Shown: positions 25,741 to 34,767, counted from the first letter of the stretch. The stretch is 40,978 nucleotides of DNA from an uncultured archaeon (GCA_964535725.1 CAZHUN010000080.1:1-40978); one strand, 5' to 3'. Notes: generated by a model not told the origin, from the sequence alone. A program made the numbers and translations.

Positions 25741-26748
25741 ATGCGTATGGAAAAGAGAATCATCAACGCTTCGGGCACTGACCCCAATAAAATTCTCCCC
25801 ATCCACTACGCGTGGGCGCGCCAATATTATCAAACCGGAGTGGCCAACAACTGGACGCCGCAAGAAGTGGCCATGCAAAGCGATGTCGAATTGTGGAAAA
25901 AGCCCAAAGAATTGGCCGAAGACGAACGAAGAATGGTGTTGTACAATTTGGGGTTTTTCAGCACGGCCGAAAGCTTGACGGCGAACAACATTGTACTCGC
26001 ACTCTATCGCCACGTGACCAATCCAGAGTGCAGACAATATTTGCTCCGCCAAGCGTTTGAAGAAGCCATTCACACGGAAACGTTCATCTACTGTTGCGAG
26101 TCGCTCGGATTGGATTCGGAGTACGTGTACAACATGTACCACGATGTTCCTTCCATCCAAGAAAAAGACGATTTTGTCGTCGACATGACGAAAAACATTT
26201 TCGACCCGACTTTTTCAACGCAAGGAACGAAAAATATCCAAGCATTCGTGCACGATTTGGTGGGATACTATGTCATCATGGAAGGGATTTTTTTCTATGC
26301 AGGATTTGCCATGATGTTGAATTTTTTGCGCAACAACAAAATGATCGGAGTGGGAGAACAATTCCAGTACATTTTGCGCGACGAATCTGTCCACTTGGCA
26401 TTCGGTTCTGACTTGATCAACGCCATTGTTTCCGAAAACCCCGAAATTTGGACGTCCGAATTCAAGAACGACATTGTCGAAAACGTGAAAAAGGGCGTGG
26501 AACTGGAATGCAATTACGCCAAAGACTGCCTTCCCCGCGGAATCATGGGAATGAACGCGGAAATCATTCGAGAATACTTGCAATACACGGCCGATAGAAG
26601 ACTCGAACGCATCAACTTGCCCCAAGAGTACGGTTCGAAAAACCCCTTTCCATGGCTTTCCGAAGTGGTTGATTTGAGAAAGGAAAAAAACTTTTTCGAA
26701 ACCAGAGTCACAGAATACAAGACCGGCGGAAACCTGCAGTGGGACTGA
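25741..26748 (+). CDS. nrdB: Ribonucleoside-diphosphate reductase beta subunit with class Ic (R2c) signature
   Basis: Putative metal ligands are E77 (FFSTAESL), E108/H111 (FEEAIH), E181 (IMEGIFFY) and E215/H218 (RDESVH). F115 (codon 26083-26085) sits at the radical-Tyr position. The C-terminus contains Y (TEYKTGGNLQWD). The ATG abuts the nrdA TGA. Confidence 0.95.
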   Translation: MRMEKRIINASGTDPNKILPIHYAWARQYYQTGVANNWTPQEVAMQSDVELWKKPKELAEDERRMVLYNLGFFSTAESLTANNIVLALYRHVTNPECRQYLLRQAFEEAIHTETFIYCCESLGLDSEYVYNMYHDVPSIQEKDDFVVDMTKNIFDPTFSTQGTKNIQAFVHDLVGYYVIMEGIFFYAGFAMMLNFLRNNKMIGVGEQFQYILRDESVHLAFGSDLINAIVSENPEIWTSEFKNDIVENVKKGVELECNYAKDCLPRGIMGMNAEIIREYLQYTADRRLERINLPQEYGSKNPFPWLSEVVDLRKEKNFFETRVTEYKTGGNLQWD

Positions 26749-26883
26749 ATTTCGAAAGTTTTCGCGCGAAAAAATTTCCAAACCCGCATTTTTCAGGAGA
26801 TTTCCGCAATTTTTGCGCCCATTCCGCCAAACAATCGCCTATTTAAAGTTTTTTAGTTTCTTTGCAGGCTAGAGAGTGGTAGA

Positions 26884-27633
26884 GTGGAAATTTCCGCACT
26901 GATTAGCAAGAGCCACACGGCATGGCCTGGAAAGAACGCGACAGTCGTGTTCGTTCCCGGCTGCAATTTCGAATGCCATTTCTGCAACGCACACGCCCTG
27001 GTCAAAAATTCCGAAATTTTACCCCGCATGGACTTGGAAAAAGTATTCCAAGCCATTTTCGAAGAGCCGGGAGTGGAGGGAGTAGTCATCACGGGAGGAG
27101 AACCGTTGTTGCAAGGCGAAGCGTTAGCCGAATTTTGCGACGAACTCCAAGCCGAAGACATGCCAGTCAAACTCGACACGAACGGCAGCGATTCTGATTT
27201 GTTGTCGTACTTGCTCGAAGAAGAGCTAGTCGATTATATTGCGTTGGACGTGAAAAACAAGTTGAACGATTACGCGTATTTCAAAACAATTGGAGCACGA
27301 GCCGACTTGTACGAAATTTCTCAAAGCATTCAACTGCTCAAGCACTCGGAATTGGACTACGAGTTCCGCACCACTGTAGTTCCGCGCCTGCACTCTTTTA
27401 ACGACATTCAAGCCATTGCACGCGCACTGCACGGTGGCAAGCGATATGTATTGCAGCAATTTTCTCCCGAAAATGGAACCTTGGACAAGAATTATTCTTC
27501 GCTTCCAGAAACTCCGTACGACAAGCTCGTGCGCTGGGCGTTGCAGTTGAAAGGCATTCAAGAAGTGAGGGTTCGAACTTTAAAAGGGGAAGAAGTCGTC
27601 CAAACGCGCAAGGAAAAAATCGCGCTGCAATAA
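26884..27633 (+). CDS. Radical-SAM activating enzyme, NrdG-like (anaerobic RNR activase family)
   Basis: WPGKNATVVFVPGCNFECHFCNAHAL contains CxxxCxxC. VVITGGEPLLQ is also present. The start is a GTG. Confidence 0.75.
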   Translation: MEISALISKSHTAWPGKNATVVFVPGCNFECHFCNAHALVKNSEILPRMDLEKVFQAIFEEPGVEGVVITGGEPLLQGEALAEFCDELQAEDMPVKLDTNGSDSDLLSYLLEEELVDYIALDVKNKLNDYAYFKTIGARADLYEISQSIQLLKHSELDYEFRTTVVPRLHSFNDIQAIARALHGGKRYVLQQFSPENGTLDKNYSSLPETPYDKLVRWALQLKGIQEVRVRTLKGEEVVQTRKEKIALQ

Positions 27634-28113
27634 TCACGGCAAAATTTGCAAAACAAATTCTTTGGTGAAAGTCTGGCCATTCATTTCCAACGAAACGTCG
27701 ATTGTATAATTTCCCGCTACTGGGCGAACATTTGGGTTTAAGGCTTTGAAGGAAAATTGTTCCAAGCGTGAATCTCCCACTGCAAGCGTATCGGTTCGCG
27801 TGTACGAAGAGGGCAAGACTTGCAATACATTGGACGCTTTGGGAGAAACCGCCAAAGTGTATCCGAGCGCTTCTTGTTGGGTTATGTTAGAAACCTTGAC
27901 TTGGAAAGACGCTTGCTTTTCAATACTGGGATTCCAAGGGTTGGAATTGGGAGAGAGAATGATTTCCAAAGGTTTGGGCTGGAGCAAGGACTGGGAAGCG
28001 AAATAAAAAAGCGCTCCAACCACTAAAATGGCAATCACAATGGCCACTGGCTTGGCGAGCTTGTCCCACCCAATCGAAAGTTTGGGGGTTTCAGAATCGT
28101 CGTACAATCCCAT
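27634..28113 (-). CDS. N-terminally membrane-anchored protein with an extracytoplasmic beta-rich domain, unknown function
   Basis: TM VAIVIAILVVGALFYFA. An A/T box (revcomp cctaaaatatcc, 28133-28144) lies 20-31 nt upstream of the ATG at 28113. Confidence 0.55.
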   Translation of the reverse strand: MGLYDDSETPKLSIGWDKLAKPVAIVIAILVVGALFYFASQSLLQPKPLEIILSPNSNPWNPSIEKQASFQVKVSNITQQEALGYTLAVSPKASNVLQVLPSSYTRTDTLAVGDSRLEQFSFKALNPNVRPVAGNYTIDVSLEMNGQTFTKEFVLQILP

Positions 28114-28216
28114 GCTATGCTAGAAGAGGAACGGATATTTTAGGCTTTGTATTCCGCCAGTAGGACCGAAGCGAAGCGTAGGTCGTACACCGTGACCGAC
28201 CGGCGGAACGGTCGTT

Positions 28217-28903
28217 TTAGGCTTTTGGTTTGCCGGCAAATTTGAACAGGTTCCGCGCCACATAGTACGAGCCGGCGAACACGATCACGCCGGGAATGCC
28301 CAAAAAAGGGATGGCCATGGCCGCTCCGGTAGCCATTGCGCCTTCGGGAGAATTGATGAAGCCAACGACTTTCGAAACGTGAGAATCCACGCCTTTTGTA
28401 AACGGGTTGATTTCTACAAGCTGATTGCCGTCTTTGAAGATTTTGATCATCTTGTCTTCTTCAGAGGCCAAAACTGAAACAATTCCTTTCTCTTCGGAAA
28501 CGCCTTTTCCGGCAGCGTGCCGGGTGCCCGAACCCAAATGCGTGGATTGCCGCGTTACACGCGCACCGTACGCTTTGACGCGACCTTTGGAATCAACGAC
28601 AATTGCGCCGTCGATTTCTGCCAATTTGACCAGCACTTTTTGCATGCCGTCGTCGAATATCGTGGTTTTGGATTTTTCGAAAAAATTGGGAAAGTGAGTG
28701 TTGTAAGAATCCGTGTCTCCGACGACAATCAAACAACCTTTTCCGTTGCGCGCGACTTCCATGGCAACGTCGATGCAGATTTCCTGGATTTGTTCCAGCT
28801 TGTTCGAAGCGGAAGACTTTTTTTGCAAAATATCCACAATGCGAGAACGGTCTTCTTGTCTCTCTCTGCTCGGCATCGACAAATTGAATCCAAACAACGG
28901 CAT
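28217..28903 (-). CDS. DAC-domain protein (diadenylate cyclase, c-di-AMP synthase) with a C-terminal hydrophobic anchor
   Basis: GCLIVVGD, EIDGAIVVD (DGA motif) and GSGTRHAAGKGVSEE (RHR-type motif, here RHA). The C-terminal segment is AMATGAAMAIPFLGIPGVIVFAGSYYVA. Confidence 0.8.
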   Translation of the reverse strand: MPLFGFNLSMPSRERQEDRSRIVDILQKKSSASNKLEQIQEICIDVAMEVARNGKGCLIVVGDTDSYNTHFPNFFEKSKTTIFDDGMQKVLVKLAEIDGAIVVDSKGRVKAYGARVTRQSTHLGSGTRHAAGKGVSEEKGIVSVLASEEDKMIKIFKDGNQLVEINPFTKGVDSHVSKVVGFINSPEGAMATGAAMAIPFLGIPGVIVFAGSYYVARNLFKFAGKPKA

Positions 28904-28987
28904 ACACCTTTGGGAGGTTGAAATATTCGAAGTAAAACAGTTGAAGTAAAGGATTTCATCCTATAAATACGTTTAGGTTTGAATCAG

Positions 28988-29287
28988 TCAAGAGAAAAGA
29001 GTGAAGAGTTTGGAATCCAGCTTGACGTCAAACAGTCCCAAACGCGCGCCCGCGTCCAACCACGCGTGCGCGTACGAAAGCGCGGCCAATGCGAGAATCA
29101 GTTCGCCTTTCGCTTCGAAATGCTCGGCGTCTTTCACATAATTTTCGCACATGGTTCGAAAGTCCAACGCAATCAGGTACAATGCCGAGCCCTTTGGAAC
29201 GGCAATCGACGCTTTTTTGAGAGCACGCTTCGTCAATGCACGGTATTTTGTCACTCTAGAATGCAATTCTTTTTCCAATTCTGTCAT
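28988..29287 (-). CDS. Small archaeal protein, DUF357-like
   Basis: ...DAEHFEAKGELILALAALSYAHAWLDAGARLGLFD resembles the conserved core I associate with DUF357. Its ATG overlaps the dph5 stop (ATGA). Confidence 0.5.
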   Translation of the reverse strand: MTELEKELHSRVTKYRALTKRALKKASIAVPKGSALYLIALDFRTMCENYVKDAEHFEAKGELILALAALSYAHAWLDAGARLGLFDVKLDSKLFTLFS

Positions 29288-30048
29288 TTTTCCACCCCAA
29301 ACGCTTTCAACGCTTCGCACTCTTTTTCAGAAAGTCGACCCAACACAACCAACGATTGAGGAAAGGCTTTCAGCTTCGCTTTTTTCAACCCGAAAAGGCG
29401 TCCAAAAACAGCCTCTTGGTTTTTCGTTCCCATTCCTCCGACTCCAACTGCATTCAATTCTTTGAACCACTCCAGTTTGCCCCGCTTTCGGGCAATCTCT
29501 TCCAACACGTTCACAGCCTCTTGAACCGACATCAACTGTTTTTGTTCCAAATCCAAGTCGAGCAAGCACAAAGAGTGCAATCCCACCCTTTCATTGGCTT
29601 CCAAAAGGTCGAAAAAACTTTCCGGAGCATAGTCCGACTTTGGAGAGACGATTGTCAAAACTCTTCCGAACTTGTACGCGTCCAATCCCAATTCGGGCAA
29701 GCACGACTGTACGGAAATTCCTTGCAAGACACGGTATTCGACACCTTTTTCCCGCGCGTCGAGCAAGAGTTGCACGTGCGTCGTGGCGAACAAAGGCGCT
29801 CCGAAAACGCACAAGGCAATGTCTTCCTTTTTGCAACGCTCCAAAGGGGCGGAGAATTGCTCTTCCACTTTTTTCCTTCCCAACAATTCGACTTTCGTGT
29901 CCAACAAGCCTTCCAAGAGCTTGATGCTTCCATCCGCATAAACGCTCGTAAACGCGTCCACGTACACGTGCGCGCACTTTTTCAACGCGTTCAACGCTTC
30001 CAACGTCAAATGCTCGGACTTCAAGCCCAAACCGACCAAGTAGAACAT
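29284..30048 (-). CDS. dph5: Diphthine synthase
   Basis: MFYLVGLGLKSEHLTLEALNALKKCAHVYVDAFTS has a tetrapyrrole-methylase-fold N-terminus typical of Dph5. 254 aa. Confidence 0.9.
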   Translation of the reverse strand: MFYLVGLGLKSEHLTLEALNALKKCAHVYVDAFTSVYADGSIKLLEGLLDTKVELLGRKKVEEQFSAPLERCKKEDIALCVFGAPLFATTHVQLLLDAREKGVEYRVLQGISVQSCLPELGLDAYKFGRVLTIVSPKSDYAPESFFDLLEANERVGLHSLCLLDLDLEQKQLMSVQEAVNVLEEIARKRGKLEWFKELNAVGVGGMGTKNQEAVFGRLFGLKKAKLKAFPQSLVVLGRLSEKECEALKAFGVEK

Positions 30049-30112
30049 TCCATTTCCCTCTCGTCAAAACGTGGAACAAAATGAATAAATACCAAAAGAA
30101 CCTATTCCAGAA

Positions 30113-30472
30113 ATGGGTCCCAAAAGGCCAGTGGATTACAAAAAAGCGGTGAAGGGCATTCTGCGAAGCATGCAATCCCCTTCCAATCCCAAAATTTCCT
30201 ATTCCGGAGTGCTCGCGCATTTGAAGAAGAGGGGAATTCCCGACATCAGGGACGAAAGAGTTCAAAAGGAATTGTACAACCACGGCCTGCATTATATCGT
30301 CTTGGAATGGAAATTGAAAGAGGCCATGGCCGAACCTGGAATCTCTGAACGGGCGAGAAAAACTCGAGAAGCCGTGGAAAGCGTGCTCAAGAGCGATTCC
30401 CAAAAAATCGTCCAAGAACGCGTTCGAGAAGTTCTCCAACGATTGAACGTGATGGACGAGCCTCGAAGATGA
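30113..30472 (+). CDS. Hypothetical protein
   Basis: An A/T box (aataaata, 30084-30091) lies about 25 nt upstream of the ATG. Amino-acid composition is ordinary, and the competing antisense ORFs are low-complexity. Confidence 0.5.
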   Translation: MGPKRPVDYKKAVKGILRSMQSPSNPKISYSGVLAHLKKRGIPDIRDERVQKELYNHGLHYIVLEWKLKEAMAEPGISERARKTREAVESVLKSDSQKIVQERVREVLQRLNVMDEPRR

Positions 30473-30473
30473 A

Positions 30474-31295
30474 TCACGAGCACGTCCCAACAGCGAGCGT
30501 CAACAAGTCCCTCAATCCCGGAGCAAAGCCTAAAATGATCAACACGACTTTGATGTAGCCGCGCGCGTTTTCGTTCTTCACTTCTTCGTCCAGCAAGTAC
30601 ACAACGGCCGCAATCAACAACACTTTGAGGACGGGAAACAGCCAAGGCGCGTACTGGAGCACGATGTTCGAAACCACGTGCTGTTCGCCGCACGAATAGA
30701 ATTGCGTGGCAACGAAAGTGGCACTGCCGTCCAACGCTTGGCCGCAAATGGCAAGCAAGTTCAATTTTTCCTTTCCAAACAAAGGCTTCCAATGTTTCAT
30801 TGCCAGCCAAACAATGGCCGAAAGGACGACAGCGAGCACTATAACTTCGGCAAACCCTTGCAGGACTTGCAAGCGGGACAAATCGTAAGCGAAAAAAGGC
30901 GCGGCCGCAAGCAATCCAATAGCGGCAAACGGTTTCCAAAAAGGGACTTGGAATCTTTTTTCGAGCCAAAGAGAAACCAAGAGCGCAAGAATGGTGAAAA
31001 TTCCGACTGCAATGTAGATTCCGGGAGTGATCGTGTAAAACCCAGCTTCCAATGGATTGGCCGAGCGCGGAAAAACGCGCAAGTCTTCCAACACGCGCGC
31101 CGCACTTCCAAACAAAACGAACGGCAGCACGGCGAGTGCGAACGTGAAGTCGAATTTCACTTTTTTTTCGAGCAAACGAAAAATCACGAACGCGGCCACT
31201 ACCAAAATAGCCAAGTAGACAATCGTGTTGACCATGTTGTAGCCGCCATATTGTGTGATGGGATCGATGAAAAACGTTTGCACGAAACCGGCCAT
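30474..31295 (-). CDS. Polytopic membrane protein, DUF63-like
   Basis: About 7 TM helices, with conserved-looking blocks LDGSATFVA and GEQHVVSN. I chose the ATG at 31295 (MAGFVQTFF) because an A/T box (revcomp tattaaatg, 31318-31326) lies upstream. Confidence 0.55.
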   Translation of the reverse strand: MAGFVQTFFIDPITQYGGYNMVNTIVYLAILVVAAFVIFRLLEKKVKFDFTFALAVLPFVLFGSAARVLEDLRVFPRSANPLEAGFYTITPGIYIAVGIFTILALLVSLWLEKRFQVPFWKPFAAIGLLAAAPFFAYDLSRLQVLQGFAEVIVLAVVLSAIVWLAMKHWKPLFGKEKLNLLAICGQALDGSATFVATQFYSCGEQHVVSNIVLQYAPWLFPVLKVLLIAAVVYLLDEEVKNENARGYIKVVLIILGFAPGLRDLLTLAVGTCS

Positions 31296-31331
31296 GAAAG
31301 GCTTTAAAGCGAGAAAGCATTTAATACGAGC

Positions 31332-32156
31332 ATGAAACTCAAGCAGGCTTTGGAGAAAGTTCTTTCCAAAAAAGAGCTCGCCTTCGCGCCCAACGCGTAC
31401 GACGTTCTCGGAAAGACAGCGATTTTGGACGTTCATCCGAAACTCAAACGAAAGGCGAAAAAAATCGCCCAAACCCTGCTAAAATTGCATCCCTATTTGG
31501 AATCCGTTTACTTGAAAGCGCGGAGAGAAGGAAAGTTTCGCACGCAAAAATTGAAATGGCTCGCGGGAAAAAAAATGGAACACGTTTCGCACACGGAATG
31601 GGATTGCACGTTCCACTTCTCGCTGGGAAAGTCCTACTTTTCGCCCCGCCTCTCCACGGAAAGACAGCGTGTCGTACAACAAATCCGAAAAGGGGAGAAA
31701 GTGGCCGTATTCTTCGCCGGCGTTGGACCCTACGCGATTTTGGCGGCGAAACACGCGTCGCCTTCCAAAGTGTTTGCGTTCGAGTGGAATCCGCACGCAG
31801 TCGAAGACTTGGAAGAGAACGTGCGATGGAACAAAGTCGGAGACAAAGTCGTTTCCTTGAAGGGGAATGTGCGAAAAACCGTTCCCTTGTTAGGAGAAAC
31901 ATTCGACCGTATTGTGATGCCTTCTCCCACCACGGCCAAAAAGTACTTGCTCCTCGCGTTCAAGTATTCCAAAAAAGGCGCCATCATCCACTACTATTCT
32001 TTTCAGAAAGAGCCCCATGCCTTTGAACAGGCGTTGAAGGAAGTCGTCCGCGCCGCCAAAAAGGGGAAAAAGAAGGTTAGTTTATTGAATTGCAGAATTG
32101 TGACACAATATGCGAAGGACACGGTCGAAATTGCGCTTGATGTGAAGGTGAAATAG
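31332..32156 (+). CDS. trm5: tRNA (guanine37-N1)-methyltransferase, Trm5/Tyw2 (Met_10) family
   Basis: FHFSLGKSYFSPRLSTERQRV, the SAM motif FFAGVGPYAI and the NP motif EWNPHAV. Confidence 0.8.
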   Translation: MKLKQALEKVLSKKELAFAPNAYDVLGKTAILDVHPKLKRKAKKIAQTLLKLHPYLESVYLKARREGKFRTQKLKWLAGKKMEHVSHTEWDCTFHFSLGKSYFSPRLSTERQRVVQQIRKGEKVAVFFAGVGPYAILAAKHASPSKVFAFEWNPHAVEDLEENVRWNKVGDKVVSLKGNVRKTVPLLGETFDRIVMPSPTTAKKYLLLAFKYSKKGAIIHYYSFQKEPHAFEQALKEVVRAAKKGKKKVSLLNCRIVTQYAKDTVEIALDVKVK

Positions 32157-32159
32157 ACC

Positions 32160-32585
32160 ATGAAAAAGCTTGCCATTCGAACCTTGAAAAAGCAAATGAA
32201 CTATTTGACAAAAAAACTCAATACGGCGAACCTTCCTCCAAAAATTCGCCCACAACTCGTCAAAGAACATGTCAATACACAAACCCAGCTTTCAGCCGCC
32301 TTGTTGGAACGCCAAAAAATTTTCGAAGAAAGTAAAGCGTGCAAACAACAGCAAAACATTCCCGAAAAAAGCATCCGAAAGCAAACATTAGAATTTGTCC
32401 AAAAAATGAAACTGCTCAAATCCCAGAACGCGAAAGGGCATGATATCAGTACATCGGTGTACAATTACATCGTCGGAAACGGAAACATGGCCGCGCAAGG
32501 ACGAAGAATGAGATTGCTGGCCAAGTATCGCGCCATCGAAATCGACAAGCACGGAAATATTCAATTGGGAAAGGAATTATCGTGA
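32160..32585 (+). CDS. Hypothetical protein
   Basis: 141-aa ORF packed tightly between trm5 and adk. No motif recognised. Confidence 0.45.
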   Translation: MKKLAIRTLKKQMNYLTKKLNTANLPPKIRPQLVKEHVNTQTQLSAALLERQKIFEESKACKQQQNIPEKSIRKQTLEFVQKMKLLKSQNAKGHDISTSVYNYIVGNGNMAAQGRRMRLLAKYRAIEIDKHGNIQLGKELS

Positions 32586-33208
32586 ACCTCATCCTCCTCG
32601 GCAAGCAAGGTTCGGGCAAAGGAACCGTCGCCTCTTTCTTGGCCAAAAAAATGAACGTGCCGGCCATTTCAGTCGGACAATTACTCCGCCAAAAAGCGAA
32701 AAAAGATTCCAAACTCGCTCGGCGCATCAATTCGGGAAAACTGGTTTCCGCCCAACAAGCCATGGAAATCGTATTTTCACGCTTGAAACAAAAAGATTGC
32801 AAAAAAGGTTGGATTCTGGACGGGTTTCCCCGCGATTTGGAGCAGGTGAAACTCTTGCACGGCGCGCTGGACATTGACAAGGTTTTGGAATTGCATGCGC
32901 CCGACAAAATATTACGCGGGCGCATGACGGGGCGACGGATTTGCCGAAAAGCCGGACACGTGTACCACATCCACACCATGAAACCCAAGCGGAACGGAAT
33001 CTGCGACATTGACGGCAGCGAATTGTACCAACGAGAGGACGATTTTCCGAAAGCGATTCGCGAGCGGTGGAACGAGTTTGAGCAGAATACGAGGCCGGTG
33101 TTGCACTACTACGAAGCCCTTGGATTGCTCGAAAAAGTCGACGCGCGCGGAAAAGCCGAAATCGTGCAAAAACGCTCGCTAGTTGCGGTGCGAAAGAAGA
33201 AATACTGA
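32582..33208 (+). CDS. adk: Adenylate kinase, bacterial/long-LID type
   Basis: P-loop LILLGKQGSGKGT, GWILDGFPR, and a LID with C-x4-H...C-D (CRKAGH...CDIDG). The GTG start overlaps the upstream stop (GTGA). Confidence 0.9.
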   Translation: MNLILLGKQGSGKGTVASFLAKKMNVPAISVGQLLRQKAKKDSKLARRINSGKLVSAQQAMEIVFSRLKQKDCKKGWILDGFPRDLEQVKLLHGALDIDKVLELHAPDKILRGRMTGRRICRKAGHVYHIHTMKPKRNGICDIDGSELYQREDDFPKAIRERWNEFEQNTRPVLHYYEALGLLEKVDARGKAEIVQKRSLVAVRKKKY

Positions 33209-33832
33209 ATTGTAATACGCGCACCGCTTTCGCAACGGACATCCCGCGCATTTCGGGTTTCGGGGCAGGCACGTCTGCTGGCCGAATTTGACGAACAACT
33301 CGTTCACTTCGATCCAGTTTTGTTTCGGAACCAATTTCATCAACGCGGCTTCGGTTTGTTCGGGCGTTTTGGTTTTTACAATTCCCAGGCGATTGGAAAT
33401 GCGGTTAACATGAACGTCGACGGGAATGGCTGGCTTTCGAAACGCGTACACCAACACGCACGAGGCGGTCTTTCTTCCCACACCGTGCAAAGAAACCAAG
33501 TCTTCCATGTTATCCGGCGTCTTTCCTCCAAAACGCTGAAGAATTTCCTTCGCGATGCTTTTGATGCGGACGGCTTTCACATTGTAAAACCCGATGGAAA
33601 AAATGAGTTTCTTTACTTCCTTCAACGGCGCGTCCGACAGTTTTTGCGGAGTGCCATATTTGGCAAATAATTTTTTGGCGACTTTGGCCGTGTTCTCGTC
33701 CTTCGTTCTCGCCGAAAGAACGGTCGCAATCAACACTTGGAAGGGATCCCGCCACGAGGCGATGTCCGACAGCATGGTTCCGCCGCGCACGTGGCCGCGA
33801 ATCAGACGCAGGATTTTGGAAATGTCGGGCAT
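33179..33832 (-). CDS. nth: Endonuclease III (DNA glycosylase/AP lyase)
   Basis: HhH-GPD block LVSLHGVGRKTASCVL, the catalytic-region VDVHV, and the 4Fe-4S loop CLPRNPKCAGCPLRKRC. Confidence 0.9.
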   Translation of the reverse strand: MPDISKILRLIRGHVRGGTMLSDIASWRDPFQVLIATVLSARTKDENTAKVAKKLFAKYGTPQKLSDAPLKEVKKLIFSIGFYNVKAVRIKSIAKEILQRFGGKTPDNMEDLVSLHGVGRKTASCVLVYAFRKPAIPVDVHVNRISNRLGIVKTKTPEQTEAALMKLVPKQNWIEVNELFVKFGQQTCLPRNPKCAGCPLRKRCAYYNSVFLLSHRN

Positions 33833-33906
33833 AAAAAAGAAGGAACCAGAAACGGTTTAAAACAACCGAGCGAAACGAGGAAGTAGGACCGAGCAACGGC
33901 GAGGAA

Positions 33907-33925
33907 GTGCCATCGCAGATGGCAC
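33907..33925. terminator. Perfect 8-bp stem hairpin GTGCCATC-gca-GATGGCAC downstream of the KaiC-like gene
   Basis: Seen directly in the sequence. A second hairpin, AGGCC-n8-GGCCT, follows and overlaps the stop at 33950. Confidence 0.4.
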
Positions 33926-33949
33926 GCGGACGAGGCCTACGCAATGGCC

Positions 33950-34663
33950 TTATTTGTTCAACGCTTCCCACAACACTTCGTCGTTGGCTTTCACTTCTAC
34001 TCCTTTCGCTCCGATTTCCAACGGGTGCACTTTTTTGCTGTGGGAAGTTCCGCGCATTTTGCGCACGAACAGCGAGCGGTTGGGCGGAGTGAAGTACAAC
34101 GCGATTATTCCGTCGGCGACGAATTCTTCCACGCCATACGCGCTGTACTGGTCGCGCTGTCCGCCGGTTTCGGCTGTGAGTATGGTCGTTGCCCCAGTGT
34201 CTTTCAACGCGCTCGACAATTCGAACAACAAGTAACGTAGTCTCCCTTTTTCTTGCACGAAGGCAGAAAAGGCTGTAGTCGAATCCAACACAAGTCGTTG
34301 GATGCCAAGTTCTTTCACAGTACGCGCCACTACTTCCAACTGGGTTTGGACTTCGCGTTCAAAATCATCCACGGATTCGGCGGAAAATTTCATGCGATAA
34401 ATTTTCAACAATTCCAAGTCTTGCAATGCTTTGAAATCCCAGTTGAAGGATTCCATGTCCCACGCAAGATTGGTGGTAGAGGTTTCCAGGGTAACATACA
34501 GTCCGGGGGATTTTTCGGTTTTGGCTCCCGCGTACAAGAATTGCAAGCCGAACAGGGTTTTTCCCGTTCCCGTGCCGCCCGAAACGAGCACGCTTGCGCC
34601 TTTGGGAAAGCCTCCCGAAACCAAGCCGTCCAATCCCGGAATCCCGCTCGAAATTCGTTCCAT
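33950..34663 (-). CDS. KaiC-domain RecA-superfamily ATPase (single domain)
   Basis: ISSGIPGLDGLVSGGFPKGASVLVSGGTGTGKTLFGLQFLY and the Walker B LVLDS. Confidence 0.85.
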   Translation of the reverse strand: MERISSGIPGLDGLVSGGFPKGASVLVSGGTGTGKTLFGLQFLYAGAKTEKSPGLYVTLETSTTNLAWDMESFNWDFKALQDLELLKIYRMKFSAESVDDFEREVQTQLEVVARTVKELGIQRLVLDSTTAFSAFVQEKGRLRYLLFELSSALKDTGATTILTAETGGQRDQYSAYGVEEFVADGIIALYFTPPNRSLFVRKMRGTSHSKKVHPLEIGAKGVEVKANDEVLWEALNK

Positions 34664-34767
34664 GCTCTAAAAACGGTTTTTTGGACTTTTAAGCTTTTGG
34701 CGTGAAACAGCGAGAGAAGCGAAGAGCAAGGATTTAAATAGCCTCGACGCTTTTACCTTAGACCGTT

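Noticed and set aside
28159-28169. Shared 11-mer AGTAGGACCGA at 28159-28169 and 33882-33892 as a dispersed intergenic repeat
   Set aside because: The flanks diverge immediately. By my rough estimate, on the order of a hundred or more identical 11-mer pairs are expected by chance in 41 kb, so this is not significant.
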